Position numbers and translations under genes: made by a program | Part shown: positions 20,601 through 29,707 of the stretch, piece by piece | Position numbering within the stretch: the first letter of the stretch is position 1 | Layout of the letters: each line of letters opens with the position of its first letter | Assembly: GCA_040903985.1 (NCBI GenBank) | Contig: JBBDUI010000002.1 | Span: 29,361-93,360 of the forward strand | Direction of reading: 5' to 3' | DNA: 64,000 bases | From: Candidatus Saccharimonadales bacterium | GTDB taxonomy: Bacteria > Patescibacteriota > Saccharimonadia > QS-5-54-17 | The notes under the pieces: generated by a model | Databases searched by the model: none | The model's input: only the letters and a program-made list of their open reading frames with translations | Told to the model about the DNA's origin: nothing

Positions 20601-20687
20601 GACAGTGCTGGTGCTAAAAGCAGCTATGCTACTGAACAGACGTTTGAGATTATTCGTTTTGAGCGTTGGGGTGTGGTGCAGATTTAA
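17682..20687 (+). CDS. Large phage-tail-like protein: three GxGFxP...DxDGFT repeats, interrupted Fn3-like module, Asp-box insert
   Basis: TGIGFTPK/TGVGFTSD/SGVGFRPE repeats; YSTDNGQTW Asp box; C-terminal EIIRFERWGVVQI. Confidence 0.75.
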   Translation: MAEYYVGSFTKQNMTGNQAFTGIGFTPKAIIFWSAGEAPTANGTWGDHLYHTVGFTSGPTESYSVSGASQDAVGTSNSSRSIAAKCIHRSSVSSGTRDEADLSSFDADGFTVNWTTSSGATSPEIMFLAIGGDDVLARAVNWTSPTSTGSKPVTGVGFTSDLVLHTHSGSAGALPISSPLMYGNIGAMDSSGNEWVNSIYTQDAQTTSNTARYQRTDKCLAFSDSTGVNEEANYASMDADGFTLNFTSALSSAYQCISLCLSGISARSGSFTPNSSTYSVSGVGFRPEAMLFSMTYQQPSTPQPNAAWSLGASDGTNHRAVGVDDEDALSTTSAGSIWSNSVVAYNSETASYRFDRKNTVALDSFDSDGFTTSKVGGAQSETLFLALGTPNDPPSTTALAPIDRTAVNLTEGVDFEWSYSDPESGAQSAWALKRQKDNGDGTTDSEEWWRNEALDNWNNPTLNPPATMGASPASTATAYSNQRKIDRTQNGVLWAMYYNSSNGAIYDKYSTDNGQTWTTGVLPFLSGGTISYTGNFSFFIDIDDYCHIVYKNPFDGFIYYKRGIPDDASRTAYTWSSAFAVQNTDIYSDYPDIIAFRTPGSSPITWEVCIVASWTNGTLFAQYERLHIASDGSITGGNNDGLSQNQGMAMLSSATYSTSTHAYPSIDFNHTGDGKTVADNTPHLYSTWSTGATGSGRGIRFKKATHSGGSWLWGTEREISSTHYVAAHNYCNCIFDGTRVIIGGNLNDGGYYSVVFWERDAADTVTTGPIYVLDNGTSGNDTSSFAARGSVTYDADGNLYFIGLGAGSPWRVCLQKWDRATESVEDPVVIDELNINSYGSDVSLKRGYSNNRIEFIYTDGTSSPYDVTYGSIEQQTLPIGWIDSEVWNDGDDTSVSISNWSNDDDTYTWSVATKDDVGSASSYTTARTLNPFQWWDASTSSWVYIETENISSDTEVAVANLSAGSYKWSVATEDSAGAKSSYATEQTFEIIRFERWGVVQI

Positions 20688-21688
20688 TGGCAACAGTAAC
20701 ATACGCCTCTACCGGCACCTTTTCTGTACCTGCGAATGTTTATAGCGTCCACCTTGATTGTTATGGGCATCCAGGTGGAGCCTACAGCTATAATACTCGC
20801 GGAGGCCGTGCCTACGGGGACCTTGTTGTTACTCCAGGGGAGACCTTATATATTGGGGTAAATATAGGGGCTGGCACCACCACCTCCGGCGGTAGTGGTG
20901 CTGCTTATTCCTGGGGTGGTGGATATTCGGATGTTCGTAAGGGCGGAAACACGCTTAGCAATCAAAGAGTTGTTGCGGGTGGCGGCGGCGGCCAGTCTTA
21001 TACTTACACAGGGAAAGGTGGTAACGGTGGTGGTTCTTCCGGTGGAAGCGGTTCTACATCGCAGGGTGGTTCAGTTGGTGGTGGTGGAACCCAGTCTTCT
21101 GGAGGTTCTGCCTCGGGTAACGCTACCGTAGGAACCCGGGGACAGGGAGGTAACGGTGGCAGCAGTGGCGGGGCTGGCGGCGGCGGTTACTATGGTGGAG
21201 GAGGTGGCTATAATTATGCAGGTGGTGGAGGTGGCTCTGGGTATATAGGGGGAGTAACCGGCGGAAGTTATAGTACAGGGGGGAATCCAGACAACTCAGC
21301 TAAAGTAGTAATAACTTATACTCCTAACTCTATCCCTTCGACTCCAACTCCCTCAACGCCAACCAGCGGTTTGCGACAACAGGATGGCAGTATTAACTTC
21401 TCCTGGTCCCATTCCGATCCTGATGGAGATGCTCAGGCTTCCTACGCTCTGCGTAGGCAAAAGAGCGGTGGTGGTAACGAATGGTGGGATGGTACTTCCT
21501 GGGTGATAAGTGAAACGTTTGTGTCTACATCTACTCAATCAGTTTCTATTAATACTTCAACATTTGATCCTGGTGCCTACACCTGGAGCGTAGCTACCCG
21601 AGATAGCGTCGGTGCTACATCACCATATTCTTCTGCCAGAACAGTAGAGATTATTCGTTTTGAACGTTGGGGGGTGGTGCAGATATGA
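20687..21688 (+). CDS. Glycine-rich domain plus intact Fn3-like module (phage-tail-like)
   Basis: ATG 20687 overlaps upstream TAA; TFSVPANV..VTPGETLYI..AGGGGG; C-terminal EIIRFERWGVVQI. Confidence 0.75.
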   Translation: MATVTYASTGTFSVPANVYSVHLDCYGHPGGAYSYNTRGGRAYGDLVVTPGETLYIGVNIGAGTTTSGGSGAAYSWGGGYSDVRKGGNTLSNQRVVAGGGGGQSYTYTGKGGNGGGSSGGSGSTSQGGSVGGGGTQSSGGSASGNATVGTRGQGGNGGSSGGAGGGGYYGGGGGYNYAGGGGGSGYIGGVTGGSYSTGGNPDNSAKVVITYTPNSIPSTPTPSTPTSGLRQQDGSINFSWSHSDPDGDAQASYALRRQKSGGGNEWWDGTSWVISETFVSTSTQSVSINTSTFDPGAYTWSVATRDSVGATSPYSSARTVEIIRFERWGVVQI

Positions 21689-21889
21689 TCCTTCTTTCGG
21701 ACATGTAATTCCTAGTTTCTAGCACCTTAACGACTGAAGTAGTGTAAGCCTGATGGATGCCCTTTATGGATATTCGTAACAGGTACACTCTCTGGTGGCT
21801 CCGATAGTACTAATGGCACTTACTTCTAGGAGAAGTTGCAAAGTTCCCGATTTTTCATATATGATAATTATCAAATACGAAGGGATTGC

Positions 21890-22162
21890 ATGATGGCTGA
21901 GACACTAGCTGAAAACCTTGGGCTTGACGTGAGAGGTGTAGAGCTTGCCCATGAAGCAAATGATGCATACGACTTACTTCAGTCCGGTATAGAAAAAGAA
22001 GCGTACATATCTACAAAATACAGAAGAAGGGTGTATACATTGCAACTAGCTCAAGAGTTGGCTCATAAAGTAGGTGAGGAAGAGACCGATCCGGCAGAAG
22101 TCAGATATAGTACAATAGTCGAGCAGGCGGGGGCACTCATCGGCCGAGAAAGATTTATTTAG
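21890..22162 (+). CDS. Hypothetical protein
   Basis: 90-aa ORF from ATG 21890. Confidence 0.45.
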   Translation: MMAETLAENLGLDVRGVELAHEANDAYDLLQSGIEKEAYISTKYRRRVYTLQLAQELAHKVGEEETDPAEVRYSTIVEQAGALIGRERFI

Positions 22163-22215
22163 TCTGGAATAGTGGCGTATATCGCCATGGTAATTCTAGC
22201 CTACAGTAAACGAGC

Positions 22216-22569
22216 TTACTCCTCCCGTAGTATCTTCTCCATCACCTTGCCTTTAGCTAGCTCATCAATTAGCTTATCCAAATATCGGATCTCTTGCATT
22301 AAGGGCTCTTCGATATCTTCTACGCGGATACCGCAAATCATACCCGTAATCAAACTTCTAGAAGGGTTCATCTTCGGAGCGGCGGCAAAGAAGGTTTCGA
22401 AGTCTGTCTGGTTTTCTAGCAGCACCTCTAACTCTTGCGGACTGTAGCCTGTTAACCAGCGAATGATTTCGTCTACCTCTGCCTTTGTGCGACCCTTCTT
22501 CTCGGCCTTTTTGATGTAGTGAGGGTAGACACTAGAGAAGCTCATGGTGTAGATGCGATGTTTTTTCAT
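22216..22569 (-). CDS. DUF2200 family protein
   Basis: [33 protein letters not shown]. Confidence 0.88.
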   Translation of the reverse strand: MKKHRIYTMSFSSVYPHYIKKAEKKGRTKAEVDEIIRWLTGYSPQELEVLLENQTDFETFFAAAPKMNPSRSLITGMICGIRVEDIEEPLMQEIRYLDKLIDELAKGKVMEKILREE

Positions 22570-23396
22570 CCGTTCTCCTTATCTCGGTGTTTTAGAATTA
22601 TCTTTAGCATCAGTGCCAGGACTAGCAGAGTGACACCGAGAAGAAATGCGCTCATGTAGGTGCTACTCAGATACGGCATGATTAGCGGGGCCATGAAGCT
22701 AACAAAGTTACCGGCTAACTCCATCGACCCTTCGCCGGTTTCCGATCGAATCGTTCCAGAGGGCGTATTGGGGTTGCTCGCAGCTATAGCCATAAACAAG
22801 ATGCCCGGTAGACCGGCTAAGAGAAGCAAAACTCCGGGTGTAACTAGGCGTCCTAGGCGGTAGCTGAAGAGCACCGCCATACTCAAGAGAGCTAGGGCTA
22901 TGACCGTAGCGATAGCGAGATACACGCCAATTTGCCTATGTCCAGCGCTAGTCAGAGGAGAGATTAAAACCGCATCATCTTCAATTTGGACAATTGCTTC
23001 CGTATCACTGCTTATATCCTCCGCCACTCCTCCGGCACCTACATCATAAAAGCGTTCAGCAAAAGCTGAGAATATCTTTAATCTTATCTCCCTGGGGCTC
23101 AAATTATCCAGATCTTCAGCCGTAATAGTCACGTTTACGCCACCAAAGGCGACTACCGTCTCCTCGTTAGCATCTAAATCTTGCCGTAGCTGCTCGATAT
23201 CGAAATCACTATCGATGCCTTCACTAGAAGTTAAACCGGCTAACGTGTAGCTAAGAATATCGACCGCTGGTTCTTTAGCCGTGAGACGGTAACTGGCTGT
23301 TAGTAGCAATACGGTAGCAAGGAACGGCAAAGCTAGCAGGGCAAGTAGCCACTTTAAGTCGACATGCCAATAAGGATGAGTTATTGTATTTTTCAC
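22566..23396 (-). CDS. Membrane protein
   Basis: 276 aa with about 4 TM segments. Confidence 0.65.
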   Translation of the reverse strand: MKNTITHPYWHVDLKWLLALLALPFLATVLLLTASYRLTAKEPAVDILSYTLAGLTSSEGIDSDFDIEQLRQDLDANEETVVAFGGVNVTITAEDLDNLSPREIRLKIFSAFAERFYDVGAGGVAEDISSDTEAIVQIEDDAVLISPLTSAGHRQIGVYLAIATVIALALLSMAVLFSYRLGRLVTPGVLLLLAGLPGILFMAIAASNPNTPSGTIRSETGEGSMELAGNFVSFMAPLIMPYLSSTYMSAFLLGVTLLVLALMLKIILKHRDKENG

Positions 23397-23686
23397 TAAC
23401 CTTACTATAGCTTATTGTGCGATAACTTTTGTACCCCAGTGGCTCAGCTCACCTGCTTGATCAGCATCTGTTATTATTTTCGGTTGAGAATAGACGCTTT
23501 CGCTGCCTTCAATATGATGGAGAGGACACGGATAGACGCATTAAATCACTTTTAACCCGCGACAAGCAGTTTCTCAGAGGTAAATGAAATATTCCTGACT
23601 ATATCTATCAGGCGTAGTCACTGAGAGCATTTTTGTCGGATAAGCTATTTATTGTAAAGCATGTATAGTATTGTATAATATTCTTT

Positions 23687-24367
23687 ATGGAAGAAATAAG
23701 ATTTACGTTAAGTGATGTATCGTCTGAGGAATACGACCGACTAAGACGTCAAAGCTTGGGTGAAATATCTCTAGCACTGAAAGAGAAGCATGACGAACAT
23801 TTTCGTCAACTTGCTACAGACTGTGAGCCTTATGCACGTAAAGTGAATGAACTGCTTGAAACTCACGGGGGTGATGTTGCGTATCTGTATACTGGGTCTA
23901 CAACGGGTGGGATAGAAGTCGATGGAGTGGTCCATGGAGAGCAGGAACCTGCAGTTAGTGTAACTGCATTTTTTGCATTCGAAACAGAGTTAGAAGGTAA
24001 GCATTCAAAGGTTACCGTGCTCGATATGAAGCGTACCTATAGCGAGTGCCATTTCAATGCACTAGTATTTGCTAGAAACGTAGAGACAGAACAGTTGCGT
24101 CTGTTTAGGGTTTCTACACAAGGATCTGAGTTATTAGATGATGGGCTCAAAATGTATTTCTTTGAAACACTTGGGTTGGACATAGTCGGTATTAGTGAGG
24201 GTGGGTATGGTTGGATTGAGATGGATATTCAAAAGCTAGTGGATGAAGTTGGAACTATGGGTGTGTCTATAAAATCCTTAGCGGATGATCAGCGTATTAG
24301 TGATTTCGTAGATATGTTCATTAGAGATGCAGAAAATGAGCCTATATATTCTGGTCTGTGGGCATAA
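23687..24367 (+). CDS. Hypothetical protein
   Basis: 226-aa ORF preceded by TGTATAAT -10-like element. Confidence 0.55.
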   Translation: MEEIRFTLSDVSSEEYDRLRRQSLGEISLALKEKHDEHFRQLATDCEPYARKVNELLETHGGDVAYLYTGSTTGGIEVDGVVHGEQEPAVSVTAFFAFETELEGKHSKVTVLDMKRTYSECHFNALVFARNVETEQLRLFRVSTQGSELLDDGLKMYFFETLGLDIVGISEGGYGWIEMDIQKLVDEVGTMGVSIKSLADDQRISDFVDMFIRDAENEPIYSGLWA

Positions 24368-24368
24368 T

Positions 24369-24419
24369 CTAGTGAGTCATAGCTTTCCCCTTTGCTAGCT
24401 CATCGATCAGCTTATCTAG
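24369..24419 (-). pseudogene. Remnant of a DUF2200 gene 3' end
   Basis: Minus strand reads [16 protein letters not shown], matching the C-terminus of the ORF at 22216-22569. Confidence 0.7.
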
Positions 24420-24588
24420 TTACGGAAGTTATGCCGAGCGATACTTGTCCTATTTTTCGTAAGTGCTCAGATTGTCCTAACGTTAACTCATAAACCCACT
24501 ACAACTTGAGTAGGCAGCAGGATGATTTACAAACTTTAAAAGATGAAATTGGTAAGCCTAGTTTAAGCCGCTATACTAAATAGTAACT

Positions 24589-25266
24589 ATGAGTGAAATA
24601 AGCCAGCCACAACTAGACGCTACCGATAGACTACTTGTCTGGGTAGTGATAATTGTTAGATTACTACTGGTGGGATCGGCTATTATCGGCTTGCTGACGC
24701 TAAACTGGCTCGAGGTGTTTGTCAGCCTAATGGTACTAGCTATGACTTACGCCGTCAGCTTCATCGAGCGCTGGCACAAGATCAACATGCCACTCGAGAT
24801 AGAGGTTTATGCCGTACTGCTCATCTATGCAGCGCTATTCTTAGGCGAGATGCGCGGCTACTATGATCGTTTCTGGTGGTGGGACTCAATCATGCACTTC
24901 ACCGCGGCCATAGTCTTCGGTTTTATCGGTTTCATGATCATGTATGCCATCTACCACCGCAATAAGCTTACGGCCTCGGCCGTGCTAATAGCCCTGTTCG
25001 CTTTTACCTTTTCCATGACCATCGGTGCCATGTGGGAGCTGTTTGAGTTTAGCTTAGATGAGCTCTTTGGTATGACGACCCAGCCGAGCGGACGCGATAC
25101 CATGATCGACCTCTTGCTCAATGCCATCGGCGCTACTATTACCTCGGTAGTTGGATATTTCTATATCAAGACCGGCAGTACTGGTCTGTTTCGAAGACTA
25201 GTTACTAAGTTCATGCGCGATAACCCACGCATTGCTCGGGTAGTATCGAGTCGAAAGAAGACTTAA
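24589..25266 (+). CDS. Integral membrane protein (DUF2238-like)
   Basis: WWDSIMH, WELFEF, DTMIDL motifs. Confidence 0.7.
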   Translation: MSEISQPQLDATDRLLVWVVIIVRLLLVGSAIIGLLTLNWLEVFVSLMVLAMTYAVSFIERWHKINMPLEIEVYAVLLIYAALFLGEMRGYYDRFWWWDSIMHFTAAIVFGFIGFMIMYAIYHRNKLTASAVLIALFAFTFSMTIGAMWELFEFSLDELFGMTTQPSGRDTMIDLLLNAIGATITSVVGYFYIKTGSTGLFRRLVTKFMRDNPRIARVVSSRKKT

Positions 25267-25368
25267 CTCTAGCTAAGCTATAACTAAACCGCTAAACACT
25301 TACTGAGCCTCACCTTAATGCCGTAAGGGCTGTTGACTAATAATACAAACATTATATAAGATAACAGA

Positions 25369-26058
25369 ATGTCAGAAAAACTATCATCTCGCCACACCGA
25401 AGCTGCGCTCATCAGCGAGCTCGACCATATTTATGGTTTGCCCCAGGAGGGCTTACGCATATTCGGTTCTATAGGACGAAGCGCACTGTATGGCACTATT
25501 TATAACGATAGCTCTCGTGAATTTACTGTTAGGCGGGAACACCCACTTGGTACTATCAATCGACCTCGAGATATCGACTTATTGGGCCTATCAGCTGCAG
25601 AAGCTGAAGGCCATAGTCCCTTCCCGGTTGATGCCACCGGAATGAAGGATGGATATGCCGCTCTAACTCGTGATCGTAATGATTGGTATCTACTGGCTAC
25701 TCATCACGGTTTTGCGGAACAACTCCATCCCGACGTAATGGAACCGATTGCAGCTCAGGGACTGTACGGAGCAGCCATCCTGACTGTGCCGCTACAGACG
25801 CATCTCGGCATGCACGGGATAACTGGTTTACGTAAACGTGATGTGCTGACTCGCGACCTCATGCTAGAAGCTCATCGTGATTTAAACTTAGCAGAGCAGA
25901 AGCGAGACGAATTATACGCTCCATTTATAAAGTTAGCCCATCTCAATTCACGAGTAACTTATCTAACACTGCGTAATGCTTATCGGCGGTACATACCTAA
26001 CAGTGTGCGACTCAAGGCAGTACCAATAATGCGAGTTATAAAAGGCATCCTACAGTAG
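25369..26058 (+). CDS. Hypothetical protein, possible nucleotidyltransferase fold
   Basis: IFGSIG...RDIDL resembles the GS/DxD motif. Confidence 0.45.
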   Translation: MSEKLSSRHTEAALISELDHIYGLPQEGLRIFGSIGRSALYGTIYNDSSREFTVRREHPLGTINRPRDIDLLGLSAAEAEGHSPFPVDATGMKDGYAALTRDRNDWYLLATHHGFAEQLHPDVMEPIAAQGLYGAAILTVPLQTHLGMHGITGLRKRDVLTRDLMLEAHRDLNLAEQKRDELYAPFIKLAHLNSRVTYLTLRNAYRRYIPNSVRLKAVPIMRVIKGILQ

Positions 26059-26100
26059 ACGCACTCGAACTTTTAGTTAGTTTGCATCTATACTGGTAAT

Positions 26101-26775
26101 GTGAAATCTATACTGCTTCAACTAGCGACTGATATCAATAAACGCTCTACTTGGATACACCTTGCTATAGCTCTAGTTATATTTACTGTGCTGGCGATCG
26201 GATTTGCCCAGCTGCTGGAAGAGGTGCATGAGGGTGATACTATGTACCTAGATAAAATCGTGCTGCAGCAGATAGGGCAGAGCATTACGGACTCCTGGAA
26301 TAGATTCTACTCAATTGCCACTAGATTTGGTGGCACTCCCTTCATCACCCTAGCGACTATTGTTCTACTCTACGTACTGTTGTGGCAGAGATGGTACTAC
26401 AGAGCTGTCTTTATGGTAGTAAATGTAGTGGGAGCTGGAGTCGCTACTACGGCTATAAAACTATTAGTTGGTCGTGAACGACCTAGCTTGTGGGAACGGA
26501 TTGTGGAGGAGACAAGCTATTCATTTCCAAGCGGTCACGCTGTCGGTAGTATGGCGCTAGCTATTAGCTTGGTCGTAATCTGCTGGCCTACTAGATGGCG
26601 CTGGTCGGTAGTGATTTTTAGTACGCTCTACGTGCTAATCATCGGCTATTCACGTCTCTATCTCGGGGTTCATTATCCAACGGATGTGATCGGTGGGTGG
26701 CTACTGGCCCTGGCTTGGGCCATGACTAGCGGTAGCCTGCTATACGGCTATGGACGGCGGAGGCGTTATGGGTAG
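26101..26775 (+). CDS. PAP2 family phosphatase
   Basis: KLLVGRERP, SFPSGH, SRLYLGVHYPTDV. Confidence 0.92.
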   Translation: MKSILLQLATDINKRSTWIHLAIALVIFTVLAIGFAQLLEEVHEGDTMYLDKIVLQQIGQSITDSWNRFYSIATRFGGTPFITLATIVLLYVLLWQRWYYRAVFMVVNVVGAGVATTAIKLLVGRERPSLWERIVEETSYSFPSGHAVGSMALAISLVVICWPTRWRWSVVIFSTLYVLIIGYSRLYLGVHYPTDVIGGWLLALAWAMTSGSLLYGYGRRRRYG

Positions 26776-26868
26776 TTGACATGCTGTTCACCCAACTCAG
26801 ACCGACCTAACTATTGACAGAATACGTTCTAGAGTAGATAATCTTAAATAATTAATGAAAGTGTAACC

Positions 26869-27147
26869 ATGAAAAGCCCAGTACTCGCTGCCATCGTCAA
26901 CTTTGTCCTACCTGGATCTGCTTATATACTGCTCAAACAACGGGTACTATTTGGCGGTCTGATTTTAACTTCAGAGCTAATATACCTCCTAGCTCCTCTG
27001 CCACCTGCTGTAGCTGAGGCACTAGATCAATCCTTAGACAACTTTCAGCTTGGAGACTGGAGCTTAGCTATTACCGCCTGGCTGATCTATGCTACAGCGT
27101 TCGCGATTGATGCTTATCGACTCGCTGAAACTAATCTTTCCAGTTAG
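26869..27147 (+). CDS. Small membrane protein
   Basis: KSPVLAAIVNFVLPG..., hydrophobic. Confidence 0.6.
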   Translation: MKSPVLAAIVNFVLPGSAYILLKQRVLFGGLILTSELIYLLAPLPPAVAEALDQSLDNFQLGDWSLAITAWLIYATAFAIDAYRLAETNLSS

Positions 27148-27184
27148 ATACTAGCAACCAGGTTAAAGAACTGAGTTATTTGTG

Positions 27185-27760
27185 ATGTCCGAGTTTGAAC
27201 TAGTACCGATTACTGAAGTAGATGTAGAGAGAACTGCTACCGATCTCCATGCCTGCCTGCAAGAGCAGGAGACCTATCGGCAATTAAAACGTCATCTACC
27301 TGGCCCGCTTAGCTATGGTGAGTCGATTGAAGCAGCTGAGCAGCGCTTGATTAACAATCAGGAAATAGCCAAAGAAGACAGCCGTTTTAAGCCATTCGTG
27401 CAGCTTCTAGGTGAGCACGCTATCGGCATAGCAGTCCTAGACGAGCGATTGGAAGCTAAGCGTCGCCGCTTAATGGCCGGTATCTATATCGGTCACATCA
27501 CAACCACTGGCCCTAGCACATCTAGCTGGATAGCTAGACCTTATCAAGGTAGGGGTTATGGACGGCAATCGTTGGAAGCGAGAATTAAGATCGCGACCGT
27601 AGAGAATGGACATGACGGACTTTGGACAGTAGTAGATACTGGTAATGATGTCTCTAGATGTAACGTAATGGCGCGTGGTTTCGTACCACTCTATACGGGC
27701 GGGAGCTGGGTGGGCGGGCAGACTTTCAAGGATGCGACTGTCTATCAGTACCTTGCTTAA
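27185..27760 (+). CDS. GNAT family acetyltransferase
   Basis: WIARPYQGRGYG motif A; NDVS...RGF. Confidence 0.7.
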   Translation: MSEFELVPITEVDVERTATDLHACLQEQETYRQLKRHLPGPLSYGESIEAAEQRLINNQEIAKEDSRFKPFVQLLGEHAIGIAVLDERLEAKRRRLMAGIYIGHITTTGPSTSSWIARPYQGRGYGRQSLEARIKIATVENGHDGLWTVVDTGNDVSRCNVMARGFVPLYTGGSWVGGQTFKDATVYQYLA

Positions 27761-28304
27761 GTGCACTAGCTTCCGGAACGAATAGGGTGCCATCACTGTG
27801 ACGCCTTATCTCATCGGTGCACATTAACTCTTTGAGACGTAGATCGAGAAGTGAGGTGTCCATCTCTAAGCGAGATATAGTGACTAGATCATTACCGCGT
27901 AATGACACGCCTAAGCTACGGATGGTGTCGACTACAAGCGGGATACTAGAACTAAAGGCTATAGTATCACCGTGAAAAGGCTGACTTAGCTCGGTAACTA
28001 ACCGGCCTTGAGGTACTAAAGCTCTTGAGCCGTTTGATCTATAATAGTAACGTTCCAGCCTATCGAAGGGCTTAGTATAGATAGAGAAGCGGATAGGGGT
28101 ACCAGTGTCATTAAGTCTACGTAACTCATCTAGAGACCAGCCCCGACTAAAAGTATCCTCATCTGGATGGAGAAAGGCGACCTGAGACAGTGTAGCTATA
28201 GCAGTATCTAGCTCTTCGTCTTCGTGCTGACGACTGACGAGGCGCAGCAGAAAGGGCTCACTATCGACCGTCTGTCGGGGAGCTCTTTCTAAATTTCCAG
28301 ACAC
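27726..28304 (-). CDS. Hypothetical protein
   Basis: 192-aa ORF, convergent overlap with the GNAT gene. Confidence 0.45.
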   Translation of the reverse strand: MSGNLERAPRQTVDSEPFLLRLVSRQHEDEELDTAIATLSQVAFLHPDEDTFSRGWSLDELRRLNDTGTPIRFSIYTKPFDRLERYYYRSNGSRALVPQGRLVTELSQPFHGDTIAFSSSIPLVVDTIRSLGVSLRGNDLVTISRLEMDTSLLDLRLKELMCTDEIRRHSDGTLFVPEASALKQGTDRQSHP

Positions 28305-28446
28305 CTTTTTGAGTAGACCTCGTTTTATTACGCTTACGCTATAATTTTTATTGTATGCTTAATCTTTGGTTTGTCTAGTACGCCTTACCCCCTACGATCT
28401 ATTAGATAAGACTAGACCAAGATAGGAGGTTAGGCTGCCAAGGGGC

Positions 28447-28791
28447 TCAGTTAACTGCTTCGGTGTCAGTAGCTGCTATGAATTGTCTGTCGACTGTGCG
28501 AGAGAACTCGTCCACGGCAACCAGTACTGGCAATGCCGCTCGACCTTGACTAGTGAGGCGGTAGAGAACATCGGTTCGCGAGAACTCCCGCCGCTCTATC
28601 AGCCGAGCAGCTTCTAGCTTGCGTAGCTTGGCGGTAAGTGTAACCGGATTGATGTGTCCCGTTGTGCGCTGTAGCTCACAGTAGCGTAGCTCACCCTTAG
28701 AGAGGGCGGAGATTATGCGGAGAGTCCAGTAGTCACCTAGCAACCGAAGGCTGGTAGGACAGATGTTGGTAGTGGACTGAGGCTGATTCAT
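28447..28791 (-). CDS. HxlR-family winged-helix regulator
   Basis: CP...LLGDYWTLRII, LRYCELQR, TLTAKLRKLE, YRLT. Confidence 0.88.
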   Translation of the reverse strand: MNQPQSTTNICPTSLRLLGDYWTLRIISALSKGELRYCELQRTTGHINPVTLTAKLRKLEAARLIERREFSRTDVLYRLTSQGRAALPVLVAVDEFSRTVDRQFIAATDTEAVN

Positions 28792-28801
28792 AATAATTAC
28801 T

Positions 28802-28861
28802 TGCTACAAAAAATATAGTAGCCTATACTCTAAAATTAAGTGCTATATAAAATATAGTAGC
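28802..28861. promoter_or_regulatory. Putative HxlR operator pair
   Basis: TGCTACAAAAAATATAGTAGC and TGCTATATAAAATATAGTAGC between divergent genes. Confidence 0.6.
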
Positions 28862-28917
28862 ATTTTCGAAGTCGGTAAACTACAACTAATTGATCAAAGA
28901 CTGTAACAGGAGACAAT

Positions 28918-29502
28918 ATGATAACTATCAAAGTAATCGCTGGATCAACTCGACCCGGTAGGTTTAACCCTCAAGTAGCAGAATGGGCTCAGGAGACTGC
29001 CAGTAGGTTCGATGATGAGGTTCGAATTGAGCTAGTCGATCTGGCCGAAATTAACCTACCACTGCTAGACGAATCAGTACCGGCCTCCTCAGGAGAGTAC
29101 GAGCATGAGCACACCAAGGACTGGTCTAAGGTAATAGCTGAAGCGGACGGCTTCATCTTCGTTACTCCCGAGTATAACCACTCTATCTCGGCCGCCCTGA
29201 AGAATGCCATCGACTACCTCTACGCCGAATGGAGCTATAAGCCCGCCACAATCATCAGCTACGGCTCGGCTGGCGGAGGTACCCGGGCCGCTGAACATCT
29301 GCGCGGAATCTGCGCAGAGATAAAAATCTACGATCTACGTGAGCAGTTGATATTGGCTAACTACTGGGATCGTTTGGATGAGTCGGGACAGTATCAGTTT
29401 AGCGAGGGCGAGGAGACTGCCCTGGAGGCTCAACTAAATAGTCTGATATTCTGGGCAAAGCAGATGAAGACTGCGCGTGAGGAGCTAGCTCAAATAAGCT
29501 AG
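28918..29502 (+). CDS. NADPH-dependent FMN reductase
   Basis: GSTRPGR, VTPEYNHS, LKNAID. Confidence 0.92.
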   Translation: MITIKVIAGSTRPGRFNPQVAEWAQETASRFDDEVRIELVDLAEINLPLLDESVPASSGEYEHEHTKDWSKVIAEADGFIFVTPEYNHSISAALKNAIDYLYAEWSYKPATIISYGSAGGGTRAAEHLRGICAEIKIYDLREQLILANYWDRLDESGQYQFSEGEETALEAQLNSLIFWAKQMKTAREELAQIS

Positions 29503-29707
29503 GGATTGCTCATATAGACTAAGCCCGACCGATTCTTCAAGAGTATATCGTTCAGTACAAAGCCGGTAGCCGTAAGTAGCCTGAATGACGGAATCGCTCG
29601 CATCAACTGGTATAGTTAACCTAAAGTAGTTATATAAGTTAACGGTTAGCTGACCACCAGCTAACTCAGCTGTGGCGGCTAACACCCGCCTTAATTTAAG
29701 AGGTTCT

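Noticed and set aside
16981-21688. Intact prophage or diversity-generating retroelement
   Set aside because: No capsid, terminase, integrase or reverse transcriptase in the window; the terminal repeat differences are few and not clearly adenine-specific.
21690-21830. Possible remnant of a fourth tail-like gene (GTLSGGSDSTNGTYF)
   Set aside because: Too short, with no recognisable module motif.
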